A stretch of DNA of 64,000 nt, taken from positions 186,001 to 250,000 of the forward strand of contig NW_025767452.1 of the NCBI RefSeq assembly GCF_003918875.1, read 5' to 3'. This stretch comes from Haliotis rubra (lineage: Eukaryota). Position 1 is the first letter of the stretch; every line of letters begins with the position of its first letter. The notes below the pieces were generated by a model. That model was not told the DNA's origin. It searched no databases and saw nothing but the letters and a program-made list of their open reading frames with translations. This document shows positions 37,208-51,148 of the stretch, piece by piece. A program made the position numbers and the translations under genes.

Positions 37208-39340
37208 TACCGAGGATAGTGACTTGTATTGAGTAACATATACTACTAAACAGAAGTTAAGGAATACCCAATTCTTCTACATTACCAATTCTTTCAGATT
37301 ACTACAGTTAACTTGGCATGACAGATTAACCATGTGAGATGAAAGAATTGAGAGATCATTAACTTCTTTTGAGAAATATATATCCAGTTGACAGTATGAC
37401 GAATCAGTACACCTGACATTACTTCAGCACCACCCTACTGACAAACTGTCAAGGTAGGATGAAACAGGACCTGCCAGGTGACAAAACAATCCTCAGTCAG
37501 GTGTGCTGATAAACATTGGACATATCCCCTGAAGAGTTTTGCCATCACAATCTGACCGGGCAAGTTATGACATAAAAGGCAACTGAAACACAGCCTTCTA
37601 GTTCAGACTGGACATCACTACCACACAGAGTTGTCCCTTAACAAACTAGGAGAAGTAACGTACAAAGTCACATTGATGAACACTGGGATTTATTTAGGAT
37701 TTCAAACTACAAGACTGTGCATGGCGAACTGCTGATATTTACTTATTTTTCAAACTTGGCATCTTTTGAGAGTTTCCTTTCTTTTCATATAGGTATTTAA
37801 CATCATATTCAATACAATAATGTAAAACTAATGATTATAGACTTATTCTCTTTATTGGGCCTGTAATCTGTTCATTACAAGTGACCTCAGCAAAGCCTAG
37901 TATTATCTCTAACCACACCATACACGATAAGATTATGCAAAATTTTGTCCTGGTATTAGTGACAGATTTGGGACTGAATATAGTGGCTTCTGACCAGTTG
38001 TGTATACATCCATGAACCGGCAACTCAGCTAATCTCAGTTATAAATATCATTTGTGGAAAGTAAGATAATATATTCTGTTGGCCAGACGTTCATTCCTGG
38101 ATTAATGGCTCCAACCCAGTATGTCAGTTTGCCAATGTTTTCATTCTGTATGTATAGATATATGACCTAAAACCTCTAAATTAATAGTAATATTCTCAAG
38201 GATCTAAAAACATTGCAACAAGCATGGACTTCCAAAAACACATATCTTAACTGAAATCATTTTCATTCCATGACCGTTTTCTTATCTGTACTAATTAACA
38301 GTAAGCCTATCTGTAATATAGGAAGAGATCAGACTGGCCCTAAAAGCAGTACATACATGTTGTGATCAAGTAATCTAACATGATAATTCCAATAATGAAA
38401 TGGTAATTGGTTTCCTTTACAAAAGTACAAAAATGTGTTACATACATCATAAACAAAGAAAGACAGTAGAATTTATATAAGATCTTGATTCATATTGCAC
38501 TTTCGGAAACAAAATTGGCTTCAATTTATCCTCATCTGACTATGAGCAAATGATAAAAGACAACAAAGGGACAACACAGGTGTCGTGTCTAGCCCTGCAG
38601 TAAGCAATACTGTTGGACCGCCCTATAAGCTCACAACACTATGCACTGCACTGGTGCACCAACACATGCTTATAATTACCGTACATATTACATGCTCTTC
38701 AGTCTTATTTTATCAGCACTGTCCTCAATCAAGTCAGGAATTCTTAAGATTATGTGCATGGGTTTTTTGGATTCATAAGATCAGGCCCAGTATTGACAGA
38801 AATGTGTTGATGTCTTTATCATGGACAACTGGCATCAATACTGACACAGGAAAATATCACCTATCTGCTAAACTCTTCAAAACTAGATCATAATCAGGCA
38901 CTTTTCTGTGCTAAAGAGTTTATACCCTGGTAAACAATATACTTACAGGAACATCAGTGCATCGCCTCCTTGCTGAGGTGATTTCTCGGACACATGCTGT
39001 GCGTTTATTCAGAACTCCTACATTACAATGACAATGCACACGTTAACTATGTTAACATCAGGAAGTTTTTACTGCAAAACAAGTAGGAAGTTTGTACTGC
39101 TACACTTTCTATAAGAAATGAGTGTGTTTCCATCACTGCTGTGTTTCCTCACAAATATCACAGTTTAGTATTCTACCCTATAACAAAAGTAAATCACTTG
39201 GCTACCCTATGAACAATCGGCTCATTCTAATTCATCTATTCTGATTCATTGCCTTCATCTATATTCACCCTCATACATACCTAGCCTAATGAATGTTTTA
39301 TCGCGGCTTAGTGACAGATCTAGGGTCATAGTATGGCCCT

Positions 39341-39469
39341 GGGCCCCGTTTTCACAAAGCTCCCGTAAGCCTAAGATCTCATAACTTTTCTCGTAGCAAT
39401 CGTACCTTCTATACTGTAACATTGACTTATGATAGTCGTAGCGCTACAAGAACTTTGTGAAACGGGCCC
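39341..39469. mobile_element. Harbinger-like MITE (GGGCC termini, CWG flanks)
   Basis: ctgggccccgttttcacaaag ... ctttgtgaaacgggcccag. A related element lies at 13787-13889. Confidence 0.65.
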
Positions 39470-40162
39470 AGAAACAGAACATCTATATTTCGTACCTAAT
39501 GAGAGCTAGTGTGCAACGCAAAGGCCAAATGACAGAGCAGAATGACAGCTTCACAACAAAGGCTATTTAGAAAAGGTTTCACACATGGTGTCCTTGTGAG
39601 GAATAGATTATGCGGGTTTGATCTGCCCAGTAACCCCCCAAGAGACCACGACCATGACAGATCGCAGGTCACTACATAAAACCTGTATATTACTTTAAAG
39701 TGGACTAGAATGAAATGCTGTTTACAACTGACTAATCAACCAGGTCACACTGTTACACTGTCTGCAAAGAGATCACCAGCTGAAAACAAATCTCAGTGGA
39801 GTAGAACTATCACACAGCTGTTCAATACAGGGGAGCATATCCCTGCCTCACAATATTGTTCTGGAGAAGGTTCCAGTATATCTGTGCATCAAGCCAGCCA
39901 TGACACAGGTCAACTCTTGTCAGAAAAAATACATTTTTGCTACTTTGTTCGGTAACAGTGAATTGTAACATCAGAGTATTTTTCCTGTTTATAAAACAAA
40001 TTTAACAGAAGAACAAAATTGTAAAACATACCAACTACTCCAGTTAACATAGGGAGTTTTCTAGTAGTTGTACATGTACCAAACTTGGCTAAAAGACTGG
40101 TGTAACAGACTTAACAATACAGGTGATCATAATGATGTATCTGCTCTATCTTGAGGCTCGTG

Positions 40163-43100
40163 TCACGCAGTGAGGAAGTCTAAAGCTTTGTCACGATCCA
40201 TATTCTCCTTCACAAGAGCTTCTCTGATCTTGTCCTCACCAAATCCTAATTCCTGGAACTGCACAAACATCTCGAGGTACTTCACAGCCTGAAATATGAA
40301 GAATGTGCTAGTTCAAACAGATATTCAGTCGTTTCAGAGAATGAAAACAAGAAGGTCACCTTCACAGCCTGAAATATGAACTATGTGCCAGGACAAAACT
40401 GATATTCAGTCTTTTCAGAGAATGAAAACAAGAAGGTGGCCTCCACCTTCCTGAAACTACACTTCCTCCTTGAAACAGACAAACAATGAAAAACAACACT
40501 GAAACACATAAAGTTTACCATAATTTTAAAACTCTTTACAAATGTTCTTATATCTCAAGCACCAATGGATCAATAAATATCCCTTAAAAGCAAGGAAGTA
40601 CAAGTAAGCTATTCATTTCTGTGCCTGAGGGAAATGAGTTTTAACAATTATGAACTACTCAGTAAAAATGTTTGGTTCACCAAAGGATCGAATAATCTAA
40701 GCAAGGGAAGAAAGCTATTAAACATAAAATACTCAATGAAGCTGATCATAATTAAACATCATACCCACTCTGTGAGAGGTTTTGCAGAATTTTTGTCTGA
40801 TCATAATCAAAAAAATAATAAAGTTGTTTAACAAACTATCATTAAAATATTGACACAGTTCACTGTTTGTTACGAGGAGGAGTGCAGAGAAAGGGACAGC
40901 CAGGTGTTAGAAGCACGTTCACAGACAAAGGTATTTATTCATTAACCTGTGCTGTGCCATCTCCATCCATTCTCGAACACCTGGCTCCCTATGAACTACA
41001 ACTGTGTCAATATTTTTAATGATAGATTGTTAAACAACTTTTTCTTTTAGGACAAAAATTCTTCAGCTACACAGAGTGGGTATGAGAATTTTGATTATGA
41101 TCAGCGCTCATTGAGTATTTTATGTTTATTAGTTTTCGAGTTAGATTGCAATTCATTGGTCCGCTTTTGAGCCAAACAGACTATACATGTGTTACAATCA
41201 AAGTATAGCATTCAGCTACACAGAAGCAAAGTCTCCAGATGTAGACTACGCTTACTCTGAGAAACTATATGAACTTGATAGTAACAAAGAACTTCATTTA
41301 AATTGAAAAGAAGCCCCAGTGATATGGGAGATTTAGGACAGAGGATAACCTAGACTTGCTTCATTTAGTGTGTTTGCATTACAGTTAGGGCTGGAGAAAG
41401 GAAAACAATATGGTTCAGTGTTGCAGGTGCTAGTACAAAAACAGCACCCTTTTATAATACCCAGAATCAATGGGTGTCTTTTCTCTACTTTTCATCATTC
41501 CTTCACTAACTTATGTTGAAGGGGTTGTCTGAGGTCAACATGTTGTACATAAACCTGACCCACTTACCTTCAGAAATAGGTTTGACAACAATCAATACAA
41601 CTGAGACCAATGACCAAATTGATCATTGTGAACATGTACATGCAAAAAAAACCCATACAAGTTTAATTAAATCTCGATGGAGCCAACCGTACCTTTGGGA
41701 AATTGTTGTTGAACAGATTCAGTGCCACCTCAGCACGGATTGGGTTGAATCCTTTTTCTACCAGATTGTTCACATGACACAAGTACTCCACCACCTGAAA
41801 ACAAGATAGCAGTTAGAATATGTCTACCATGTCCACAGAGGCTTAACTTACCCATATCAATGTGCAGTAATCATGGTAATATTTCTGTATGTGCAAGTTA
41901 TCTTATCGCCTATAACTGACAGTGATGGAGTACATTGTAAAGTCCTGAAAAACCCTATAACAGAATAAATTCCTGAAAAACCCTATAACAGAGTAAATTC
42001 ATGAAAAACCCTATAACAGAATAAATTCATGAAAAACCCTATAACAGAGTAAATTCATTAAAATACACTATCCCAGAGTAAATTCATTACAATACACTAT
42101 CCCAGAGTTAAATCCTAAAAGAAACAATTAACAGGCACTGGGTGTGAGTTGGTTTAAATATGAGGTTGCATTTTGCAGTTTCAGATTGCACCAGTTAAGT
42201 TCTAAATCTGTAAATAGAGCCCTCAATATGGTTCAGTGAAACACTACAGTAAATTATGTTCATAACAGACATGCTTAAAATGAGTGAGTGAGTTTAGTTT
42301 TACGCCGCACTAAGCAACATTCCAGCTATATGACGGCGGTCAGTAAATAATCCAGTCTGGACCAGACAATCCAGTGATCAACAGCATGAGCATCGATCTG
42401 CACAATTGGGAACCAATGACATGGTCAACCAAGTCAGCGAGCCTGACCACCCGATCCCGTTAGTCGCCTCTTACGACAAGCATGGGTTACTGAAGGCCCA
42501 TTCTAACCCGGACCTTCATGGGTTTGCTTAAAATGAACTGACAGATAAAACAAACAGTTTCTTGGTCCCTTCTACCTGCTGTATGTGTTAGTTGTTATGA
42601 ATGTCAGTGAGCGATTTGGGTTTTACGCCACTTTTAGCAATATTCTTGCAATTTCACGGAGGGGAAACTGGGTCTTCAGCATGACGAGCGAACGCTTTAA
42701 CCATTAGGCTACACTACTGCCCTAGTTGTAATGTGTATAATGAACTATTAGGAAACAGCCACACAGAAATTTCATCTGAGAAAATCACATTGTCCCAGTT
42801 AAAATTTCTATGCTGTAAGAACCAGTTCAACATTCGCTCCTTTTGTTCAGGTTTCATGATCGGTGATGGAATTCCTCGACTTTTCTGCCAACCCATTGCA
42901 TGTAGCTCAGTTCTAATTGTCTCCTTACAGACAGCCACAGTTTCTCTATCTATCATATCCAGCCTTAAGTTTTCTTAACTCCTTTGTTTGTTTTTAGAAA
43001 CAAGAATACCAAGCCGCCGCCTCCTGTCACCGACAGTCAATTTTCTGGGCCTGCTCCCTGCTGCTCAATGCCATATCCATTTGCAATATTTTTCAAAACA

Positions 43101-46100
43101 CGATAAACAGTGGACAAAGGGATGCCTGTTCTACTTGAAATGACTTTAGCTGATCTGGTGTCCTTGTTATAATACTCTAAAATCAACTTCCCTCTCTCTA
43201 AATCATCCATACTGAGGATCACTGAAAATGTCGTCTGCTAGCAAGTAAACAAAGGGGGATAACTCTTCACAAACTAATGAAAAAAGGATTAACGGAGTTG
43301 TCTCTCTTCAATGAAACCAAGCACTTGATAGCTGGTCAAGGTTGTTTATACAAGAAATCCAATAAAAAATATTCCTAAAATTCTCAATAATTTCTGGTCA
43401 TACTATATATAACAAAATTATAATAGCTCTAAATAACAACAGTGATTTTCCAACAGAGTATGTTATCGCCTAAGTAACATCAGTGGTCATTTTGAGCTTG
43501 TTATAACCCTAGTTGACTGTATCAGGGTGTTACCTCGACTCACAGACATGAGTGTCCTAGGGACCCCAAATTATTTGCCTTAAGGGTCCTTGCGGGCCTA
43601 TGAGTTTCCTGTGAAGGAACAGTGTAGAGAACACTACGTTTTGATAATTTCTTAAGAGCCTGGAATGAATCATCACTGATCATGCATGTAACTGCTCTGA
43701 ACGAAGCAAACAAACTCTTAACAAAGATGTGTTGTGGGTACAGTGAATCATTTCTGGACACAGTGATTGTTTTTCGCGTCCATTCTCTACACTTGAGCGT
43801 ACTGGAAGAACATTTGCGCATTGTATACCATCATCACCTGTTTTTCGTCTGTTCCCTGGCTATGTACAGCCCGAGCCACCTGCGGTCGGGAGAAGCCCAT
43901 GGAGATGATGTTGGCAGCAAACTTCTGTGCCTCGCTTGAGAGGGACGCGTAAGGGTCGAACTCGGAGGGACTGGTGAGATCCGAGCTGCTGGAGGATGAG
44001 GATTGCACAGAGGTGGACATGACATCAGGGGTTGGGGGCAGGGGTTTGTAGGGGTTCCAGGTCTGAAACCACAAATACACATCAGTTTGACTGATGCATA
44101 AACTTACCAAGCTTAGAAATCTCCTTCAAATTATTTTTTGATTTGTTGACATTAAGAGTATGCGAGGCATTTGTTTCAAGCCACTTAGAGAGTTCTAATG
44201 AATGCATGATAAAAATCATATCAATAGTATGTCGGATACAAACTATGCGATCATACAGAAGCATATGTTTATCAAAATATCAATTAAATCTGAATAATTA
44301 CTTTCAGGATCAGGATCAAATTTCTTAAAGAAAAACAATAAAGCAACAAAAGACAACCTCAAGTGAAACTCAAAGTGAATATAAAGAAACAATGATAGAG
44401 CACTGTAGTAGTTTGCATGCTCAGTTTAATGTAAACACGGTAACTATGGTAATACAGAAATTTCAGACAGACAGACAGACAGACAACAGAAAAAGGATGC
44501 TAAGCTACGAATCATGCACACATGCATATTTATAGTTTGCTAGTTACTAATCTAGAATGATTAAATAAGCATCAACTACTAATAATGAATGTCAATGATA
44601 TGAAGAATCATGCCCATCATTATCATGACCATCAGTGCCAATATGACCTCACAAGTGTAACACTGTAAGTCACAGGTCATATGGTTTGTACAGGGCCAGG
44701 GCATCAGTAGGCATTTCAGCCATGTTGCTAAGCTGCAGGCAACCCACCTGTCCTGACGATGGCCTTGACGGTGGTGAATTAGATAGAGGATACACGGTAG
44801 AGTTGTTGCTATGCTTCGAGTACAAGTCAGGGTTACTTCGTGCAGGTCTCATACTTGCCTCGCTCTGTTGTGCAAGTGTGACGGGAGACCCCTCCCGATG
44901 TCGACTGTACTTGTTCAATACGCCATTCCTAACATCAGACGTGGTCCCTGCTACGATTGTCATACTGGGCTCAGGGACACTGTTTTCACTTAACGTCTTT
45001 GCTAAACTATCTAGCCCGGGGGACGACACTGGTCGGACTTTTGACACTTGGGTACCTATCGGGGGTAACACTTGTCTGTATATCATATTGCTTGCAGCAG
45101 GATCCACTCTGGGACCACTGTTGTCAACACTGTCTACAGTTTCGTTGTCACTGGCCTTGTAGGAGACACTGTTATTCCCCTGACTGTTGTAGTCTAGCCG
45201 CAGTTCAACATAATCACCCTCCTCGAAGGGCTGACTCCGAGGAACGAACACTGGCACAGGACTGACTCTCTCCCTGTCACTGCCAGCCTGCTGTGATGCT
45301 GGGTTCTGTACATCTGTATTTGACACGGCGCCATTGAAAGCAGGGCTGTTGCATGTGTTGTTTGACATGTTGGTATCACAGTTATTTGTACTGTTGCTAG
45401 GTGACACGTCTGTCGGGGGATTATTTTGAGGCCCTAGCAGAGTTTTGAGTTCTTCCATTTCATCTATCAACTGACGTTCAACATTCTCAAATGGGTCATC
45501 CTCCCTCTCAAACAGAGCGAGATCAAAGTCGACAGGCTTTGTGGTTTCTTGTTTAACAGGTTCAACAGTCTTTGCTGGCATGATGGGAACTGGTGTGAGG
45601 ATATCACTGGACATGGTAGCAATTGCTGGCTGGGGCAGAAGTGCAGGTGCTTGCTGGGGGAGTAATGCACTTCCCTGGAATGGTACCTCAGCTGTTCCAT
45701 TTTCCTCCCCACCTGAGCTATCACTATCATCTGAATCATGTGGTTGAGATAACTCTTGGATAGCATTGGCCACCTTTTCTGCCTTCAGCCGCTCTTGTTC
45801 TACCTTGGCCTCTTCTCGTGCTTGTGCCCACCGCAACACAGCCTCTTCTGTCTCAAACAGGTACTGAAAGAATAGCAGCATAGACATACAAATGGGTTAG
45901 TGAATATTGCTTCACTTCTTTGAGTGGCATTTAAGAAGTTGGGAAGTACAATATAGAACAAACTTTATGGATAAAAACTTCTTTTTATTCGTGAGTGCGA
46001 CGTTTCGATACAGATTCTTGTACCGTCATGCTTGACAACGGTACAAGAATCTGTATTGAAACGTCTCACTCACGAATAAAAAGAAGCTGTTATCCATAAA

Positions 46101-49100
46101 GTTTGTTCTATATAATATTGCTTCAGCAAAATATCAGCAAGATCAGGTAGAAGCTCAAGAAAGGTACACACTTTATCCAATGCAAATCCAATCTACAACT
46201 TCAGTTCACTGGGCAAACCCTTGAGGACCATTCCACATATTGTTAGTACATCATTGTCACAAAATAAATGGTTCCCTTGTTAGACATGTTAGGCTTGTCA
46301 TTCAGGGGATCTGTTGGTCAGACTCGCTGACTTGGTTGACACATGTCACTGTATCCAAATTGCATAGATTGATGCTCATGATGTTGATCACTGGATTATC
46401 TGGTCCAGACTTGATTATCTACAGGCCTAATAGCTGGAATATTGCTGATTGCAGCGTAAAACACAAATAAATCAACTAAAACAACAAGCAGTGTCAATCA
46501 ATTGAATAATTATTTAGCATGTTTATTGTGGATGAAGCTAGAGATTATCTGAGCTGGTCATCAGGATCATATCTATCATCATAATGCGATAGTCCAAGAA
46601 CAAAAAACACCTCTGCTCAAGTCACGTTTAAACAGGATAGAACAGAATTTCATGTTACCTGCAGTTAATGTTTTCAGGATATATACATTTATAGAAAATC
46701 TGAGGTGTAAGACACTGTATTGCACTTACTTCATCATTCACAACTCGGGAGGCACTGGCTGTATCCTTGAACTCAGGTGGTAGGAAAACCTGCAAATTGG
46801 TGAAATCAATGAAGACTTTCAAACAAGATATCAGAGAGATGAAATCGTGAGTGAAATATAGACCGGCATTATTACCTGTAAAGGAGTGATTGTGGTTTAA
46901 CACTCCTTAACATAGTTCCAATTTTCCGCAATGTGCCTGTTCTATTTCTTTCAAACAGTGTTCCATTTAAGGAACTTGATTTAATTTGCAATTTGCGTGA
47001 TGACAAGAAGACGTCAAACATAACCTGCTGTACACTTGACTCAGAATTAAACAAAGTTGAAACATAGGACAGTTTCACATTAATAAATGATACATTACTG
47101 TTAATTGTAAGAAGGAAATGTACACACAATCTAAAAATACCCACAGTTTATGACAAAAAGTCCCAGAGAGCAAGACAATTTATCCAAACCATAAGGATTA
47201 GTAATGTAGAATGGTGAGCAAAGTGAAGCGATACTGAGTGTGATCAACATGATCAAAGTAAATGTTTCGTCACATAAAAATTAGACTTTTTACACACACT
47301 TTGTGCATGCAGACCTTAATAGTTGGGTGCATTTTCAGTAACAGATGAGGTGAGGTGAAATTGGGTTTAACGTCATGCTTGAGAATATTTTGCTTATATG
47401 ACGTGCATGAGTGTTATGTGTATGTGCAGCTGCTTGTACTAGCCCAGACTTAAGCTGGTTTTATAGTGCTAGCCCACTGAGATACCATGCCGCAGTGAAG
47501 CATGAATACCCCACTCAGACACATTATACTGACTCCGAGCCGACAAGTCCTTGTTGTACCCATTAATGCCGAGCGCCAGGCAGGGACCAACAAGTACCAT
47601 ATTTTAACGTCTTTTGGTATGAAGCGGTCGGGGATTGAACCCACGACCTTCCGCTCTCCGGGCGGTCGCTCTAACCACTACGCCACGGAGCCAGTCAGTA
47701 ACAGGTAACACTGGTGCAAGACATATATAGCTACATGAAGCCCTGTACAGACCTCATTCATGATGGTAATACAAACATGTTACAACAGAAACATGTATCA
47801 TGATGTATGACTTTCATGATCATAATAAACAGATTCACCTATAGAAACACTGGATCATTTAATGTGTAACAATACAGTGTGGTTATGTTTTTAGGGCTTA
47901 ATATCAGGACATTATAATGCATTGCTGTATTGCTTCAAAATTATGGATCATATTGGATACAAAATTGTGCCTTCATTTACAACTAACATCCAACTGTTTA
48001 TCCTTGTTTATCTAATATTTATTCTGGAATGTAATTTGGGAGTACACTTATTCTAGTACATTTGGGGGTTGAGTCCCATCCGGGATGAGGTATCTAATCC
48101 CCGAAACACAAAGACACAAAAAATAAAATATCTTACATTTGCATTGGGTATTTCGTCTGGAAATGTCAGGTCATGGTTGTAAACAAGAACTGGAACTTAC
48201 CCTTGGTGGTGGTTTGAATTTGAGTCCCACTTTGAAAGGCACTCCATCTAGACAGGAATTGCTGGACGCTAGACCTGAAACATCATCCAGTCACCATGAG
48301 CAAAAAGTTCGAGGAGAATCTGACATAATTCTGACTGAATATCTGTCCAATTCACAAACATGCATTTAGCATGTTCAGCTGCGACTTACAATGTTTACAC
48401 ATACACCACAGCCATACCCCACAGTGTTAGAACATTTAGAGAGAAGGTGTTTTATCCCCAAATCTAGTTATGTTACCCTGAACAAGCTGAAATGAACCAT
48501 GGGCTAGTTACTAGGGGTGAAATGGTACGCTCTTACCATGGTAGTGCACGTATAGCGATACAAGGCATACCATGGTACGGTACGTATAGCGATACAAGGC
48601 CTTCGGTTCGGTCCGTTTCGGTTCGGTATATGAGATATGATCATAATGCAGAAAATTGACAAGAGCCAAACCTTACATTGTTTAATATTATAATAACATG
48701 TGGGGAAAATAACCATAATCTTTGTTGTTTTGAATGAACTAAACTGTCATTTTATGACTAGATAGAAATGATGGTTCGAAAACTGACAATACCAAATTTT
48801 TGGATTGCACTACGGTATACCAAACTGAAGGCAAAATACCGCGGTTCTACTAATACCGCAGTATACCGTTTCGCCCCTACTAGTTACATAGTTACTAGTG
48901 TCTACATCTGAAAGCATGAACAAGCTGAAACACAGGAGTGTGTATTACCATTATTACTGTACAGGGATTGAAATAGTGCTTCATTGTGTGCCATGGCACG
49001 GTAAATATTGAAATGGCAAGAATGATACATTTTCAGTGTGTCCTGGTAGCACAACTATTGAACATTCTAAAAATAACATAACATGATTCATTTAATGGAA

Positions 49101-50179
49101 AATGGGACAAATCTGACCAACTGAAATGATTTAAATCCTACCTTTGCACCCCATCCAACTGTTATTGATGCACTCTCAATTTCACAGCCTAAAATGGGTG
49201 TGGCCATTTGGAATGCCAGTGTACATAACAGGAAATCTTGTTTTAAATGATAACTTAGTTTGTCAGTTAGTTTATGGGTGCAGGACAAATGAAGCTGAAC
49301 TATTCTTGCAGTCATTATAGTGTTCAGGAAATCCAGTTCTCAAGTTTACAGGTTTACATGATGTTTACTTATTTATCAAACGATAAAATAATTTTGAGTA
49401 ATTGTTTCATTGGATCATCAAAAGGTATGGGCACACATATTTTCACAAAGGCACACCTAAATTATCTGTCTCGTGCCCTACGACACATTTCGAAAAAAAA
49501 TTGTATTTCTATCCCTACCATATTATTAACACTGTCAGACACCATTCTGCTGTAGACAACTGGCATTAGCATGCTCTTGCTTTCACTTTCAGTTTGCTGT
49601 TTAACACTGCACTCAGTAATATTCAAGCTAACATCATCACCACCACCATTGTCATTATATAGCAATAGGAATGAAAGATTGCACCTTCAATGGTCAGTGT
49701 ACTTTACTTAGCACATGCTTAATCATGCTGTTAATGGAAGATCATCCTCAATAATCTCCAGGGTATACGTTACGATAAATCTCCACTATACCCTGAATGC
49801 ATCTGCGGCATGGCCCGATGATTTTATTACCTCCCTTTGCTGGCTCCGCATTCTCACACTAGACAATCAGATAAGCCGCTGTTACAACCAAGCTTGCCAG
49901 TGTCATCAAAGATGGCAGCCGCGAAAGTTTGTTCGCAGTGCGACTCAGATTTGGGGGAAAAACATGCAGAAAAATTGACAGGTCTGAAACCTTAAAAAAT
50001 ATATGCAAAAACTCCTTCTACCTCTTTCAGAGTACCTCTGCAACAATATATTATTGTGTTGCCAAGTTTAATTGGTTGGAGATTATCGAGGACGATTGAA
50101 GATATGAATGAAATACTTGTAATAAGTACCTACCTGTGCTAGAACTTCTAGAATGACTTCTGTTGTATGGGTAAGCCAT
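40163..50179 (-). CDS. UBAP1: Ubiquitin-associated protein 1 (ESCRT-I subunit, UMA + SOUBA domains), 582 aa
   Basis: Exons 50179-50134, 48274-48201, 46789-46730, 45863-44748, 44062-43838, 41794-41693 and 40288-40163 total 1749 nt in frame. UMA: LDGVPFKVGLKFKPPPRVFLP...YLFETE. Motif FEREDDPFENVE. Three UBA repeats (SMGFS, EKGFN, ELGFG). Confidence 0.9.
40281..40442. repeat. Tandem duplication of about 80 bp spanning the last 3' splice site of UBAP1
   Basis: ttcacagcctgaaatatgaa...cagagaatgaaaacaagaaggt occurs at 40281 and again at 40361. Confidence 0.88.
40700..41186. mobile_element. Second copy of the foldback element
   Basis: Same arms, same core of about 57 bp and same tgtatagtc.gtttggctcaaaag end, reversed relative to the copy at 11827. 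Confidence 0.75.
41943..42115. repeat. 28-bp tandem repeat x6
   Basis: tc(c/a)tgaaaaaccctataacaga(a/g)taaat x4 plus two diverged copies. Confidence 0.85.
42281..42522 (-). mobile_element. Retroposon family B, full length
   Basis: Consensus match with TSD tgcttaaaatga. Confidence 0.9.
42740..43405 (-). pseudogene. Tc1/mariner transposase remnant
   Basis: HTH segment ISSRTGIPLSTVYRVLK (43222-43037) and WDNVIFSDE carrying the first catalytic Asp (42956-42714), in different frames and truncated. Confidence 0.8.
45915..46113. mobile_element. Penelope-like foldback insertion
   Basis: Inverted arms of about 75 bp (45951-46026 / 46038-46113) carrying gacgtttcg / gaaacgtc, with a 12-bp TSD aatattgcttca. 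Confidence 0.7.
47345..47692 (-). mobile_element. tRNA-headed SINE family C with a MetaSINE-like central domain, full length
   Basis: Head ggctccgtggcgtagtggttagagcg...ggttcaatcccc, body cataccaaaagacgttaaaatatggtac...tgcctggcgctc, (cacct)n tail, TSD tcagtaacag. The superfamily name is from recollection. Confidence 0.8.
48512..48879. mobile_element. hAT-type MITE
   Basis: TIRs taggggtgaaatggta / taccgtttcgcccccta with a perfect 8-bp TSD ctagttac. Confidence 0.88.
48962..49517. mobile_element. Probable hAT-type MITE
   Basis: TIR-like cagggattgaaat / atttctatccct. The TSD is unclear. Confidence 0.5.
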
Positions 50180-51148
50180 TTCTTTTGTGACCTACAAGAG
50201 ATTGAACACACCAGTCAGAGTTTCAGAACATGGCAAGAAAGGATATTATTCATCGAAGTACACACTGGTACAATCAAAGTTTGGACATTCTTTGGGATTA
50301 AACATGTTACAGGTCCATTGCTCAGTGTTCTTCATGATCAAAACCATATTGATAATAATCATATATATACAAGTAACATACTTCCCATATTCATTGCTCA
50401 TACAAATACAGTGTATGTAACCTAGGAACAAAACTGCACATACCAGGGATGGCAACAGGAAAATCTAGACAGACGATTCACAGAATTGATCAATTTGAAT
50501 AAAATAGCGGAAAATTGCCATAACTGACATCCTAAAGGACAAAAGACAAAGTCATCCATATCTACAAAGTTACACAATGAAATTCTCCAAAAGTGTGAGT
50601 GAGTGAGTTATGCTTTACGCTGCTTTTAGCAATATTCCAGCAATATCACAGCGGGGACACCAGAAATGAGCTTCACACGAAATTCTCAAAGAAAATGATT
50701 ATCAATATGAACGTTTGAAATGTATGATCAGCATCATCATATATCAGGATGGAAAAGGTTTAACAAACATTCACAAAAGTGTTGTTTCTGAACATAACAC
50801 ATTATTCTGGAACGTGGTGTTCCAGCATATATCAGGATATTCATATAGTTAGGATATAGATATAATTTAGCAGGGTTTTGGAAATTACTTGATCCTGATT
50901 GGTCAATTAAAGGTATCAAATTGTCATAACCATCCACTGGCTGAAACAGCCATATCACTGCAAAAATTATTTTTTTTTATAAAAAAGTACTTTGTTCATT
51001 GTTGGTTGGTAGTTTTGAACAATATATATGTAATATTTTCTGCATCACAACTAGCAGTATCATGTTATGACAGTGATCAGTGGGATGAGGAGGTTAACCT
51101 TTTCTTGAATTCCTTTATGTGTGCCTGCGCCTGCATGACACATCCCAT

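Noticed and set aside
48275-48326. ATG in frame with the UBAP1 UMA exon through a TGA (possible readthrough or Sec)
   Set aside because: A strong acceptor at 48275 and a phase-matched ATG exon at 50179-50134 explain the N-terminus without recoding.
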